In this document: piece by piece, positions 42,128 to 56,340 of the stretch
Layout of the letters: each line of letters begins with the position of its first letter
Numbering within the stretch: position 1 is the stretch's first letter
DNA from: Eledone cirrhosa
Lineage: Eukaryota
Assembly (NCBI GenBank): GCA_964016885.1
Contig: CAXHJY010000834.1
Coordinates: forward strand, 252,025-316,024
Direction of reading: 5' to 3'
DNA: 64,000 nucleotides
Made by a program: the position numbers and the translations under genes
The notes under the pieces: model-generated
Told to the model about the DNA's origin: nothing
The model's input: only the letters and a program-made list of their open reading frames with translations
Databases searched by the model: none

Positions 42128-42382
42128 ATCTAGACTATATTTTAACTTGTAATCCATGTTTCATTTCTGTTCCACCTCATTTCTCCTACCCCTCTCTCTT
42201 TCTCTCTGTGCTATTTGAATTTACTATGGTTTGGGCTTACTTTATTCATATATATATATAAGTGGAAACAAAACAGTGCAATCAAATTTTTGCGGGAAAA
42301 TATCTTACTTCGCCGATAAAAAATATGTATTTTGTAAAATCCAGAGACTTTCAATAATGACCTTTGGTCTTTCCCACTCACT

Positions 42383-43218
<836 letters not shown>

Positions 43219-44712
43219 AAAGTTTGTCGGTTTGCAATTCGGAACATGGACAGGCAAACCGATGCCGTCCGACAGCGTCGCCGGACGCTGGACGGAAGGA
43301 CCAGTGAAATTGCTCGGGGTCTGGTTCGGTCCAGACCTTCAGGTGGAGAAAAACTGGAACGAGGTCATGGCCAAGGCATTTGCGCTCACCCAGAAGTGGG
43401 CAGAGTGCAAACTGTCTTTGAAAGGTCGAGCGGAGGTGGCGAACACTTTTATAGCGTCCGTCATCTACTACCGCTTGACTGTCGTGTCTTGTCCCCGTGA
43501 ATACCTCACCAAGATGGAACGCATGCTCTTCCAGTTCCTGTGGAAAAAGCAGGCTCCATTGGTGAGGAGATCCGTCTGCTGTAAACACCCTTCCGACGGA
43601 GGGCTGGGCATGCCGTGGCTAATGATGCGCAAACATGCGCTGAGGCTACGGTATCTCCAGGTATTCCTCACCGACCAACCGGTGTGGGCACCGTTTGTGA
43701 GACAGGTCTTCCCACAACTTGTCTAGCTGACGGAGCTGCAGTCCTGGGTCAAGCGAAGACCGAAGAAGATGGGTGCCTGGCACATTGAATGCGCCCAGGC
43801 GCTCACAGTCCTCTGTCAAGCGGGCACAGCAATCAGTGGAGACTCCACTTCGACATTCTATAGAGGGTTAGTACTTTACAAGTGCGACGACGTGCTCGGG
43901 GAGACACTAGGCGTCGAAGACGACGAGCTCACCAGTCTGTTCGGTAGGACTTTCCACCCTGGACCTATGGACAACTTCCAGAGGTCCCTGGCAGTGCTAC
44001 CGAGGAGCTCTACCCGTTCGAGAGAAGATCTACAGGCACGGACGCCCCGGCAGGGATCCTTCCAAGAGGACGTGTCCAAGATGCGAGCAGGACATTGAAA
44101 CCGTCTTTCACGCAATTGTACACTGCCCGGGCGTAAGCGACCTGTGAAACTATGCTGTCGCGTATGGGACAAATCCAGTTGACTGCCGAGTCCATAGTAA
44201 GGATCAAACCGCCAGCCTCTTTCAAAGACGAAAGAGAGGCGGTTTTCCTCTGTACAGTGGCTATGGTGAAAGAGGTTATATTGTGGACAAGATTGAGAGG
44301 ACTGAGGACAGATGCCTTTCTCTCCGGACAACAATTGATTCCCTTCTTTAAGTATCACTTTAGAAGGAGAATCAGAGTGGAGAGAAAGGCACTGCACCCC
44401 AGTAAATTTACTGAAAGGTGGGTGAATGAAGCGAAAATGGCCCGAGTGATTGGGCCTTCTCTGTTTATAAGCCTGTAGGTTAAAGAAGAGAGCAAAAGGA
44501 AGAAAGGACCACTTGCACAACACGCTCCTCGAGTTGTGGGTTGTTCTATCGACGGGGTATTAAACAAGCCATTTGTGGCGCCTCCCCCCTATTGGGGATT
44601 TCGATTGTTGTAATTGTTTGTTTCAATATTTTTACACGACTGTATGTAAAATCCCCGGCATGTGTCCTTGTATTCTACCCTTCTCTTGTGCGCCCTTGTG
44701 GCAAATAAAGAA

Positions 44713-44713
<1 letters not shown>
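43219..44713 (+). mobile_element. Tx1/L1-clade LINE 3' fragment (disrupted ORF2 C-terminus plus 3' UTR)
   Basis: GPVKLLGVWFG, LSLKGRAEV, GGLGMP motifs; homologous to 48981-50447; ends AATAAAGAAA followed by (TC)n. Confidence 0.92.
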
Positions 44714-44801
<88 letters not shown>

Positions 44802-44860
44802 TATCTATATATCTATATATCTATATATGTATAGAGAGAGAGATAGATAGATATATAGAT

Positions 44861-44905
<45 letters not shown>

Positions 44906-45086
44906 CACCACCACCACTAATTGATTTGACAGATGTCTTTAACCTATTTATACCAAATATTATTTGGTCAGTAGTTCATGTGTAAGTATATAAATATATA
45001 TATATATATAAATGAAAATAGACCGATAAACGGGAATGTCCATCATCAGTAGTCTGCTGATTAACATTGGTATTTCTTCGCATTAA

Positions 45087-45413
<327 letters not shown>

Positions 45414-45419
45414 ATAGAT

Positions 45420-48312
45420 ATCTTTCTTTATTTGCCACAGGAACGTACAAAACTGGGACATTACAAGACGTGACGGCGGGTGTTTTACATAAAAATCATA
45501 TAACTTTAACATTAATAAATAACAATAAACTATATATAATAAAATAACAATTGAAATCCCCAATAGGGGAGAACGTTACTGCAGGGTTGTTTTACACCCC
45601 GTGGATAGAACAACCCTCAACACCAGGAACACATTTTGTAGGTATTCCCGTTTTCCCTCTGTTTATCTTCCTCAACCTACAGGTTTATATACAGAGAAGG
45701 CCCATTCACTCGGACCCTTTTCGCCACATTCACCCACCTTTCAGCGAATTTACTGGGGTGTAGCACCTCTCTCTCCACTCTCACCTTCCTTCTGAAGTGG
45801 TACTTAAAGAAGGGGAAAGTGGTTGTCCGGAGAGAAAGGTGTTTGCCCTCAGTCCTTTTAACCTCGTCCACCATATTACCTCTTTCACCATAGCCACCAG
45901 ACAGAGGAAAACCGCCTCTCCTTCATTCTTAAATGAAGACGGTGGGTTGATCCTCACGATGGACTCAGCTGACAACTGGATGCGTCCCACACAGCTTCGT
46001 TTCTAACACCTTGGCCAAAGTCTTTAACTCTGTGTTGAGCAGAGTTTTGGGCCTGAAATTGCTTATCTCATCCCCTTGTTCTCATCTTTCTAATCAGCGT
46101 TGCTACGCCTCTGCCTACAGAACTGGGAATCCTCCTGTTCTGCTGCCAGTTGCAGTAGACCGCTTCGAGGACACCAGAGAACAAGTCTGGCATGCTTATG
46201 TAAAACTCATAGGGTAGACCATTTAAACCGGGGGATTTGCATTTCCCGCAGCAGCCTAGGGCTCTTCTATTTGGCCCGCTGTGATCAGCCTTTCGCAGCT
46301 CTCTGCATCCGTGCTCGAGAGTCGTGGTACGCCGTCAAGGTAGGAACTGAAGTCCATCACCTCGCTCGACGTACCGCTTTGCCCAAACAGTTGTGCAAAA
46401 TGCTGCTGGAAGGCCGTGAACATCTGCTTGGATTCAAGTAGAATGCGTCCATCTTTGTCTTGCAAAGACCGAATTGTGAATTTGTTGCCACTTTTCGCCT
46501 CTGCCACTCAGGCCCAGCTAACAGCTTTGGCTCCCTCGTTTCTTAGAGCAAGTGTTCTACTTCTGACAATACAACCTTCGTGTTTCACGTTGAAGAACTG
46601 GTCTAGCGTCGTTCTCGCCGCTAGCACGTCAGCTGTACTGCCATTCCTAAGTGCCTCTTCTACTTTAGCTACCAGTTCCTTTTCAATTTTGTTTTTTTCT
46701 AAAGCTACTTCCTTGCTAAATGCTATCGATTCTATTCTAATTTTTCTCTTGAGAGAGCTCCACCACCTGTTGTTGACGATCGCCCCCGTCAACTGGCACT
46801 TAACTAAGGCGCTACTCCGTTTACTGTAGACCTTACGCACTGGGAGCGACATGTTTAGCTTCCAGTATTCGGGTCTCTGTCTATGTGTTCTATCAAGGTT
46901 GACTATGCAGGTGACTAATTTGTGGTCTGAATAGGCAACAATGTGCATTTGTGGACAGCTTAATGTTTCCTTATCATTCTGTCTAATTAAAAAAATCTAT
47001 CTAAATACGATTTAGAAGACCCAGTTGCTCCACGTCCACAGTGGTGCACTTGGGAAGTCTAGTCGATATCTATCAGCCAGTTGGAATTGGCTGATGAGAT
47101 TTTTGAGGCTATTACACCCCCCTCCATTATCACAAGCTCCTACATAGTCCCAATGTGCGTCTAAGATGCCATTCCAGTTCCCCGCTAACACTAAGAAGTG
47201 AGACGTTCCCAGGAGTGGATCCAGACGCTTGAAGAACTCTGGTCGCGATGTCCCAGACGCGGAATATACGGCCACCAGTCTGAAAGCTCCACCTTCACTT
47301 CCATTCACGTCCAGGACCACCAGGCTACCCTCCGGGTCCAAGTGAATCGTCTGTACTTTGAGATCCAAGTTGTTTCGAAACATAACAGCAACTCCCCCTC
47401 CACCTCCTGGCTGACAGAGAGATGCGTAGATCTCAAAATCATCGAACATGGGGGTTAGCTGCTGCTTGTCGTGAATCCTGGATTCGGTGATGGCTATCAC
47501 ATCTATACAATGTGACCTGAGATCATTTAAAAGCTGGCCCTGTTTCCAGGGCATGCCCAGGCCACATACATTCAAACATCCAACTTGGATAGTCGCCATG
47601 TTGGTGAAGAAGAGTTAAGGAGAGAAAAGCAAGAACACTTACCTTTTTGTTTCCTGGAGGTCGGGTTGTTCGATCTCCATGTCCAGATTGGGGGTGTTTG
47701 GGGAGGGAGGGAATCATTTTAGCAGGACACGGTTAAAGGGATTTTGGAAAGAGGGGCCCACATCATGTGGGAAGTTCCCTTTTAAAGTTTCGTACTGTAG
47801 GGTTGTTACCCTGATAAGTTTGGGGTTTGGGGGTGGGTCGTTGGTGGGGAAGGTTTTCCCTTCCGTTTGTGTTCCGTTTGTGTCCTTTCGGACAGTTTCC
47901 ACCAATTCATTATTTCTTGTTTTTATGTATGTGTAATTTTTTTGTTTTTTATGTGTACTGTTTCTGTTTGTAGTTTTCTTTTTGTGGTTGGGGTTTGTGA
48001 TTGTGGTGGTGTGGGTGTTTGTTTTGTTGGTGGAGTGTCTGGTTGTGTTGTTGGTGTGGTTCTCGTTTGTGGCGGTATGTTTATGTCAGTGTTGAGTGTG
48101 TGCGTGTTTTCAGTTCATGTTTTTGTTGTATTTTTTCTGTCTCTTTGCTTCTTGGATTTTTGGGGTTCCCCTTCATCCTCACTTGGAGATGTTGAGGTTC
48201 CCGTGTCTGAGGCGTTATCATTGTGGGTAGGTAGGAGGGGTATGTTGTGTGGTGGTGGAGTGTTTGTGTGTGTGTTTGTGGGAGTGTTGGGCAGAGGGGG
48301 AAGGGGTGGGAA
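45420..48312 (-). mobile_element. Tx1/L1-clade LINE, internally deleted and degenerate (probable ORF1 tail, APE endonuclease, RT start, 3' end)
   Basis: Endonuclease 47012-47599 (LNVCGL, ITES, LVAVY, GNWN), SDHK motif; jump near 45995 removes most of the RT. Confidence 0.9.

Positions 48313-48365
<53 letters not shown>
48313..48365. repeat. (GATA)n microsatellite at a LINE junction
   Basis: Direct observation. Confidence 0.97.
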
Positions 48366-48366
<1 letters not shown>

Positions 48367-48704
48367 TTCTTTATTAGCCACAAGGGCGCAACAAGAAAGG
48401 GGACAATACAAAGACATGCCGGGGATTTTACATACAGTCGTGTAAAAAATATAAAAACAAACAATTTCAACAATCGAAATCCCCAATAGGGGGGAGGCGC
48501 CACAAATGGGTTGTTTAATACCCCGTCGATAGAACAACCCTCAACTCAAGGAGCGTGTTGTGCAAGTGCTCCTTTCTTCCTTTTGCTCTCTTCCTCAACC
48601 TACAGGCTTATAAACAGAGAAGGCCCAATCACTCGGGCCATTTTCGCTTCATTCACCCACCTTTCAGTAAATTTACTGGGGTGCAGTGCCTCTCTCTCCA
48701 CCCT
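48366..48704 (-). mobile_element. Tx1/L1-clade LINE short 3' fragment
   Basis: Highly similar inverted match to about 44380-44713. Confidence 0.92.
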
Positions 48705-48716
48705 GATAGATAGATA

Positions 48717-51497
48717 TGTTTCTTTTATTTGCCACCAGGGCATCAAAAGTGGGACAAGTACAATGGGGGGAGTTTACAAAACAAGGCGTCCTCAATAAGG
48801 AGGAGGCAATAACAATATATAAAAATAAAATAAAATATAACAAAAAATAAAATTTATAACAAAGTCCTCAATAGAGAGGAGGCGCCTTGGGGGGTCGCAC
48901 ACACCCCCGAAAAAAGTGTGCAACCCTTCTCCTCAGGAGCACAGAGAAGGGGTGCTCCCTTGGTCTTTCATCTTCCTCACCTATAGTCTGATGTAGAGTG
49001 AAGGCCCATTCACACGGGCCATTCTCGCCACTTTCACCCATCTTTCATAGAAACGGCTGGGGTGCAGCACCTCTCTCTCCATCCTGATCCTTCTTCCGAA
49101 ATGATATCGGAAGAAACGGACCAGTTGTTGGCCAGAGAGAAAGGTGTCTGACCTCAGTCCTTTCAGACGCGTCCACCATACAACCTCTTTCGCCATGGCT
49201 ATTACGCACAGAAACACCGCCTCTCCTTCGTTTTTGAAGAGGGGAGGCGGCTTGATCGTTACAATAGACTCGGTGGTCAACCGGATCGGTCCCACCCTTG
49301 ACAGCAGTTGTTCGACATAGCCCCACAGATCGGCAATGCCCGAGCAGTGTACCAATGCGTGTGCAACGGTTTCCTCGTCGCACACGCATCTGGGACAGAC
49401 CTTTTTCGATGGGTCCCTACCCGGGCGCCCGTGTCTGTAGAGCCTTTCTCGAACGGGCAGAGCCCTTCTGTAGCATTGCCAGGCCAGGGACCTCTGGAAG
49501 TTATCCATGGGTTCCGGGCTGAATGTCCTACCGAACAGGTTGGCCAGTTCGTCTTCCTCCATGCCTAGGGCTTCTCCGAGGGCGTCGTCGCACCTGCTAA
49601 CCACCAGCCCTCTATAGAATGACGAGGTGGATTCTCCACTGACAGCCGGGTCCGCCTGCCAGAGAGCCGTGAGCGCCTGGGCACACTCGGTGTGCCAGGC
49701 GCCCAGTTTTCTCGGTCTTTGCTTGACCCAGGATTGCAGCTCGGTGAGTGAGACGAGTCTGGGAAAGGCTCGCCTCACAAACGGGGCCCACACCGGTTGA
49801 CCGGAGAGGAATACCTGAAGGTGCCGTAGCCTTAATGCGTGTTTACGTATCATCAGCCACGGCATCCCCAGCCCTCCTTTCGAAGGGTGTTGACAGCAGA
49901 TGGATCTCCTCACCATAGGAGCCCGCTTCTTCCAAAGGAATTGGAAGAGTGCGCGCTCCATTTTGGCGAGCGTTTCCCTAGGGCAAGGCACCACGGTCAG
50001 GTGGTAGTAGATGACGGACGCTATATAAGTGTTCGCCACCTCCGCCCGACCTTTCAGGGACAGTTTGCACTCGGCCCACTTCTGGGTCAGTGCAAACACC
50101 CTGCTCGTCACCTCACCCCAGTTCTTCTCCACCTGGAGGTCTGGTCCGAACCAGACCCCGAACAATTTCACCGGGCCCTCCGTCCAGCGCCCGACGACGC
50201 CATCGGAGGGCATCGATCTGCCCCTCCACGTGCCGAGTTGCAGACCGATCGACTTGTCCCGGTTCAGCTTAGCCCCTGTAAACCTTTCGTACTCCTCCAG
50301 TAAGGTGCCGATCGCCCCGATTTCCGAGGCCGTCGACACCATTACTGTTACGTCATCGGCGTAGGCTGACACCGCTTTCCGCAATCCCGGTTCCAACGGG
50401 ATGCCCTGCAACAACTCCAACTTCCGCAGCAGTGGCTCTAGAGTCACTACATACAGAAGGGAGGAGAGAGGGCACCCCTATCGGATGGACCGCGCGATTT
50501 CGAACGGCTCCGAGCGGTAGCCGTTCACCTTGACCCTAGAGCAGATGCGGCTGCTGTGCATGGCATTGATCCAGCCCCTGAAAACGGGTCCGAAGCCTGC
50601 CGCCGCTAGCACCGCATCCAGGTAACTATGGTCGACCCTATCGAATGCCTTAGATTGATCCAAGTTGATCAGGGCCCCACCAAAGCCGGGTTCGTTCCCA
50701 ACCCTCTCTATGATGTATCGCATGAGGTGGAGGTTATCGTGGATGGACCTGGACGGGATAGCACATGTCTGCGCATCTCCCACCAGGTTGCTCACGACAA
50801 GCGCCAACCTCTTTGCTAGCACCTTGGCCAAAATCTGTAACTCTGTATTTAGCAGAGTTATGGGCCTGAAATTATTTATATCGTCCCCCTTGTTCTCGTC
50901 CTTCCTCACTAGCGTGACTACGCCCTTGGTCACAGCACAGGGAATTCTCCCGATCTGTCGCCAATTGCAGTAGACCGCCTCGAGGAGTTCGGGGAACAAG
51001 TCCGGCATAGCTAGATATAGTTCGTATGGAAGACCATCGAAACCCGGGGATTTGCGTTTGCCGCATTGGCTCATCACGTCCTCTATCTCAGCGGCTGAAA
51101 TCGGCTCCTCGCAGGACTTCGCCTCCCTGTCCGAGAGACGCGGCAGGCCGTCGAGGTATGGACCGAAGTCCACGTCCCCAACCGGCCCCCCGCCCCTTCC
51201 GAACAATTCGGCAAAGTGCTTTTGAAAAGCCTCGCACATCTGCTTAGGTTCAAGGATCACCCGTCCATCCTGGTCTCGCAAAGACCGGATAGTGGATCTG
51301 CTCCCTTTTTTGGCTTCTGTCACGCGGGCCCAGCTAACAGCTTTGGTCCCCTCGTTTCCCAGAGCACGTATTTTGCTTCGGACGATGCAGCCTTCGTGTT
51401 TCGCGTCGAAGAACTGGCCCAGGGCCGTTCTCGACGCTAGCACTCTGGCCACGTCGCCGCTTCTAATTGCCTCTTCTACACTATCTACCAACTCCCT
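48717..51497 (-). mobile_element. Tx1/L1-clade LINE, 5'-truncated ORF2 (RT plus C-terminal zinc finger) with one premature stop
   Basis: KSPGFDGLP, FRPITLLN, DQSKAFDRVDH, IR*GCPLSPLLY (TAG at 50478-50480), AYADDVT, CPRC..ET..H.L..C. Confidence 0.95.
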
Positions 51498-51519
51498 TAG
51501 ATAGATAGATAGATAGATA

Positions 51520-51803
51520 TGTTTCTTTATTAGCCACAGGGGCACAAAAGAAGAGGACAAATACAAAGGGGGAAGTTTACATACAATAAAAACGTGTAAA
51601 ATATTATCACAAAAGCAATTGAAAAGTTAATCGATTTTCCCCAATAGGGGGAGACATTTCATATGGGTAACACATACCCCCGAAAAAATGTGCAACCCAC
51701 ATCTCCAGGAGTACGAAGAGTTTGTACCCCTTTCCTCTCTTTCTCCTTTTCCTCAACCTACAGGCTGATATAGAGAGAAGGCCCACTCACTCGGGCCATC
51801 ATA
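51520..51803 (-). mobile_element. Tx1/L1-clade LINE 3' tip
   Basis: ARVSGPSLYISL* followed by a 3' UTR ending TGTGGCTAATAAAGAAAC and (ATCT)n. Confidence 0.88.
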
Positions 51804-51939
51804 GAAATCTTCATATACTATGTATGAACGGTAAAACGAAGAATCTGGTGTATCTGGAAAAAAAATTTTTTGTTTGTTTTTTGTTTTTTTGTTACACTCA
51901 CACACACCTCGGTCTCGCCTCGTACTGTAAACCAGACAA

Positions 51940-53390
51940 CGCATCCAATACAGTCGTTTTCTCTTCTACCGGTTTTTTTACCATCTCTTTACCTGGACTT
52001 ATTTTTGGCTAAGAACTTCTCTTGTAGTTGCCTCACTAAAAAGAGGGCATCTGTTGTACTTTTCCCAGACATGAAACCAAACTGCATCTCATCTAATTTG
52101 ACTCTTTCTCTAATTAGTTGTGCTATAAATCTTTCCATTACTTTCATAACTTGGTCCATTAGTTTTATTCCTCTGTAGTTGTTCCTTTCTAGAGTATCGC
52201 TTTTGCTCTTGTAGCAATTTATGATTGTACTGCTGCACCAGTCACTGGGTATGACTCCGTCCTGTATTGCCTGATTGACTATGTGCGTTACTAGTTTGAC
52301 TCCTACTTCTCCTGATGCTTTTAAACATCTCAGCAGCTATCCCTGATGGTCCTGCAGCTTTACCATTTTTCATTTCTTTGATTGCTTCTTTAACCTTATA
52401 ACTGTCAACTTTAATGGCTGGCCCTTCCATTGGGTGTGTTGGGGGTAGTTTTGTTTCCTCCCATTCGTTCTCTATATTCATCAGTCTCTCATAGTAACAT
52501 TTCTAGGCCTCTTTCTTTTGAGCATCAGTGGTGTTAAATACACCAGTGTTGTTTCTAACACACACTTCCCCAACAATATCACAATTCACACTGACACACT
52601 GCCTTGCAATGCAGAACACTTTGCATCTCTGATCCTCATGTCACAGGACATTAACGAACTTTCTTGTCATCATTGTGTATACTTATCATCTAGCTCCTCT
52701 CTTAGTCACCATTTTTCCAGTTTTTCCAAGCCTGTCTGAGCCGTTCCACCACCAGGTCACCCTCAGTCTGGATGGTGCTCTATTCCAGCCACAAGTCATG
52801 TCGGTAGTTTGCAAAAGGTTGTCACATAAAAATTTCTAGTTGTCCTCTACATCATAGGCATCTAGCTCGTCACTTCTCTCATCTGTAGGGCCTTTCTAAA
52901 CTTATATTTAACCAAAAGATCTTTTAGCTTCCAGTGTAAAAGACACGGCAAAAAGCATCCAGCACACACTATCAATGTGGTTGGCGTTAGGAAGGGCATC
53001 CTACCATAGAAAACCAGCCAGAAACTCTTCTATATGAGCAAGTCATGGTCATCCAACCCAATTTGCCTCTAAATGGGACAAATGCGTCTAACCCATGCTA
53101 GCGTGGAAGATAGACGTTGATCGATGATGATGATGTCTTGTTAATATGAGATGAGGTGGCTGGCTGGTTTCCTGAAATTTATGTTGCAAATGGTTAGTTT
53201 ATTTGCATCACAGAATTCCAGGAGCCTCTTCATTTCTTGAGCCATAGTCATAGCCACCATGAACTCCACTGAATCTGTCCTGGTACTATGCCATATGTTC
53301 ATAGAACCTGTCTTTTTCGACTGATGATTGAGTGGCTTATCTTATGGTGCCTTCTATTTACCATTTCTCTTGCATTCATGAAATAGCTGT
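51940..53390 (-). mobile_element. Degenerate RTE-clade LINE remnant interrupted by a SINE-like insert
   Basis: MKNGKAAGPSGIAAEM, NNYRGIKLMDQVMKVMERFI, QFGFMSGKSTTDALFLVRQLQEK; RLLEFCDA endonuclease-like piece near 53210. Confidence 0.82.
52945..53135 (+). mobile_element. SINE-like repeat with (GAT)n tail
   Basis: TTGGCGTTAGGAAGGGCATCC motif, ACCCATGCTAGCGTGGAA and GATGATGATGAT tail. Confidence 0.7.
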
Positions 53391-53541
53391 ATAGAAATAT
53401 TGAAATTTCGGCATTTTACCATATTTAAGTAAGTTTTTTTACTATCTGATTTGGAAATAATCAGAATCTTACCATCTATGTAAGTTCTTTGACTTGGTAT
53501 CTGATCTTTTTCTTTTTTTTTTGGGGGGGGGGGGGGGGCAA

Positions 53542-53634
<93 letters not shown>

Positions 53635-53793
53635 TCTCTCAGATATTTTTATGTCATTGTGTTTACATAATTGTACAAACACACATATTATGTTGATACC
53701 TTTGTCTAGACAATTTCTTACCCTTGAATTATTGTATATATATATATAAATTTACATGTATGTACTAACTCAATTTTATCTCTTTTATTGCAG

Positions 53794-53966
53794 TTCTTCC
53801 AAAGCTGACAGTTCCACAAGCAATGTTACTCTAAGAAAGTAACTGTCACCCAATATATCTGCTGCACCTTTACTGGACACATGTTACCTAGCTGCCTGGC
53901 TGCACATTCACACATTATGGACCGGGAGTTCAAATCATTGGTTTTCGCACTCATTCTACAAAGGAG
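53794..53966 (+). other. Putative 5' UTR exon of the zinc-finger gene
   Basis: Acceptor TCTCTTTTATTGCAG| with upstream TACTAAC branch motif; donor GAG|GTATTC; next acceptor CTTTTGTTTGTAG| at 54231. Confidence 0.55.
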
Positions 53967-54014
53967 GTATTCCTAGTTGAATATACATATATATATACAT
54001 ATATATATATATAC

Positions 54015-54078
<64 letters not shown>

Positions 54079-54129
54079 TATATATATACATATATATATA
54101 GTGTATATATATATATACATATATATATA

Positions 54130-54165
<36 letters not shown>

Positions 54166-54324
54166 CGTATATATGTATATGTATATATGGATATCTATAT
54201 ATCTATATGAAAATACATCTTTTGTTTGTAGTGAGAAGAACAGGTCTGTCTGGAAGAGATCCCTCCCTCTCAAGTGGTTAAGTGATCAGTGGAAGAACCG
54301 CCAAAGATTGAATAATCACATATC

Positions 54325-55680
54325 ATGAAAAAAACTCCACGGTGTGATATTTGTGGCAAAGTGTTCTCCCGCCGAGACAACCTTGAGAGGCATAAGGCTA
54401 CACACCAAGGAACCAAGCTCTTCACCTGTGAAGTGTGTAGTAAGCATTTTTCGCGTAAGTCCTACCTGAAGGTCCACCGAAGGATCCATACGGGCGAAAG
54501 ACCATACAAGTGCCCAACGTGCAGTTACGTGTTCAGCCGACACGACCACCTGGCTACTCACCTGTCAACCCACCAGGACCACCGACTTTACACCTGTGAT
54601 GTCTGTTGCAAAGCGTTCAGTCGGCGTTCCTACCTCGACGTGCACAAACGTATCCATACTGGAGAGAGACCTTACAAGTGCTCTACATGTGGCTATGCAT
54701 TCAGTCGCAATGACCACTTGGTCAGCCACTTGCGCACACACCAGGGCCTCAAGCTGTTCACATGCGATGTCTGCTGCAAGGCATTCAGTCGCCGTTCCTA
54801 TTTGAAAGTGCACAAACGCATCCATACTGGTGAACGGCCATTCAAGTGCACAATCTGTGGATATGCATTTGCTCGTAACGACCATCTGCAGAACCATAAC
54901 AAACCGAACAAAGGCATGAGAAAGATCAGTTGCGTACCACAAGGGCATCTACTGCAGCAGATGCAGCATGGAGACTTGCAACATCCGACTGAAGTTGTGG
55001 GATGTGACATCAATGGCAAACACATGGGAGAACATGACGAAGAGGAAGACGGAGATGAGGAAGAAGAAGATGACTTAGGGATAGCAGATGAGCTGGTAGG
55101 AGGAGGCATGATTGTAGGAGGAGAAGAAAGAGAAGATCTGGAAGAAGAAGAGGAGGAAGAAGAAACAGCAGGAGGAGATGAACTAGGCATAGGAGAAGAA
55201 GGAATCGGTGGAGAGATGTTACAACAACATCAGGAGGAAGAGATAGAACAGAGAGAAGAGACCCTGGGTGGGGATTGTGGTAGTCTCATCACTCATCCAC
55301 AAATTACAACGTTGGTGTGTCACCAACCGGACCTTACAACTGCAGCCACCCTGTCAGCAGCCATTGGTGATGAGGAAGACCAACAACAACAACAGCTGGC
55401 TGTTGCCAGCGCTACAATGGTAGATCCCACCACCCAACACCTTCACCCCGCTGTCATGGCCACCGCTGCTGTCACAACTGCAGGTACCACCACCACCTTG
55501 ATGTACCCAATAACTCAGATCTTCCCGACAATCCAGATGTCGGCAACGGCCACACAAATTTTCCCCACCATCCAAATGTTTCCATTGACCACCCAACTAT
55601 CTGCTGACAGTACCCAACTCAATCTCACCAACCACCACACGGCCGTGGCACACAAGATCAATGGTTCCATTACCACCTAA
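54325..55680 (+). CDS. C2H2 zinc-finger transcription factor (6 complete fingers plus 1 incomplete, acidic tract, Q/T/A-rich C-terminus), 451 aa
   Basis: CxxC..F.....L..H...H repeats with HTGERPY/F linkers; intact ORF; in-frame stops upstream of the ATG. Confidence 0.93.
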   Translation: MKKTPRCDICGKVFSRRDNLERHKATHQGTKLFTCEVCSKHFSRKSYLKVHRRIHTGERPYKCPTCSYVFSRHDHLATHLSTHQDHRLYTCDVCCKAFSRRSYLDVHKRIHTGERPYKCSTCGYAFSRNDHLVSHLRTHQGLKLFTCDVCCKAFSRRSYLKVHKRIHTGERPFKCTICGYAFARNDHLQNHNKPNKGMRKISCVPQGHLLQQMQHGDLQHPTEVVGCDINGKHMGEHDEEEDGDEEEEDDLGIADELVGGGMIVGGEEREDLEEEEEEEETAGGDELGIGEEGIGGEMLQQHQEEEIEQREETLGGDCGSLITHPQITTLVCHQPDLTTAATLSAAIGDEEDQQQQQLAVASATMVDPTTQHLHPAVMATAAVTTAGTTTTLMYPITQIFPTIQMSATATQIFPTIQMFPLTTQLSADSTQLNLTNHHTAVAHKINGSITT

Positions 55681-56250
55681 ACCTTTCTTCCTCTTCATTC
55701 TCCTCCTCCTCCTCCTTCCCCCTTAACCCTACATAGACAACAACAACAACAACAACAACAACACCTACGAAAGCAATAATTTTTATATACATGCATACAT
55801 GGATATGAATGCATGTATACACACATACCAAACATATGTACCCATAATACAAATTTTCTTTTAAAAAAACTAGATACTGATTAAGAATTCCAAACATATA
55901 TACATACCTCAGTTAGTATCAGCAATGGTAAGATCAATGGAAACATTGTTTCCTTGGTCCATTCTGTCAATCAGCTCCTCTTTTTTCTTTTGTGTATATA
56001 TATATATTGTAAATAGTTATTGCCCTACAGCTGAGCTCATGCTGTTTTGATGGGCACTAGCTATTTACAATAACTACATTCTACTTTCCCAAGTATTGGG
56101 TACTTAGCTGAACATGGTTTTACTAGTCTAAACTGGTAACTCCGTATCTCTTTCTATATATATATATGACCCAATGCTCCCCTCAACCCCAAATATAATT
56201 CCCTCACTCTATAACTCCATGTAGACCTTAGTCATTGTTTTAAAACAAAA

Positions 56251-56289
56251 CCCACCACCACTACCACCACCACTACCACCACCACTACC

Positions 56290-56339
<50 letters not shown>

Positions 56340-56340
56340 C
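56251..56340. repeat. (ACC/ACT)n-(AAC)n trinucleotide microsatellite
   Basis: Direct observation. Confidence 0.95.

Noticed and set aside
45020-45060. Hammerhead on the minus strand (CTGATGA present)
   Set aside because: No GAAA box after the putative stem II.
49045-51504. Alternative-frame and antisense ORFs over the LINE
   Set aside because: Shadows of the GC-rich ORF2 with no motifs of their own.
54325-54900. Zinc fingers as a telomere (TTAGGG) binder
   Set aside because: Predicted G positions (NGG NNG) do not fit the TTAGGG register.
54316-55596. Antisense ORFs over the zinc-finger gene
   Set aside because: Shadow frames of the real CDS.
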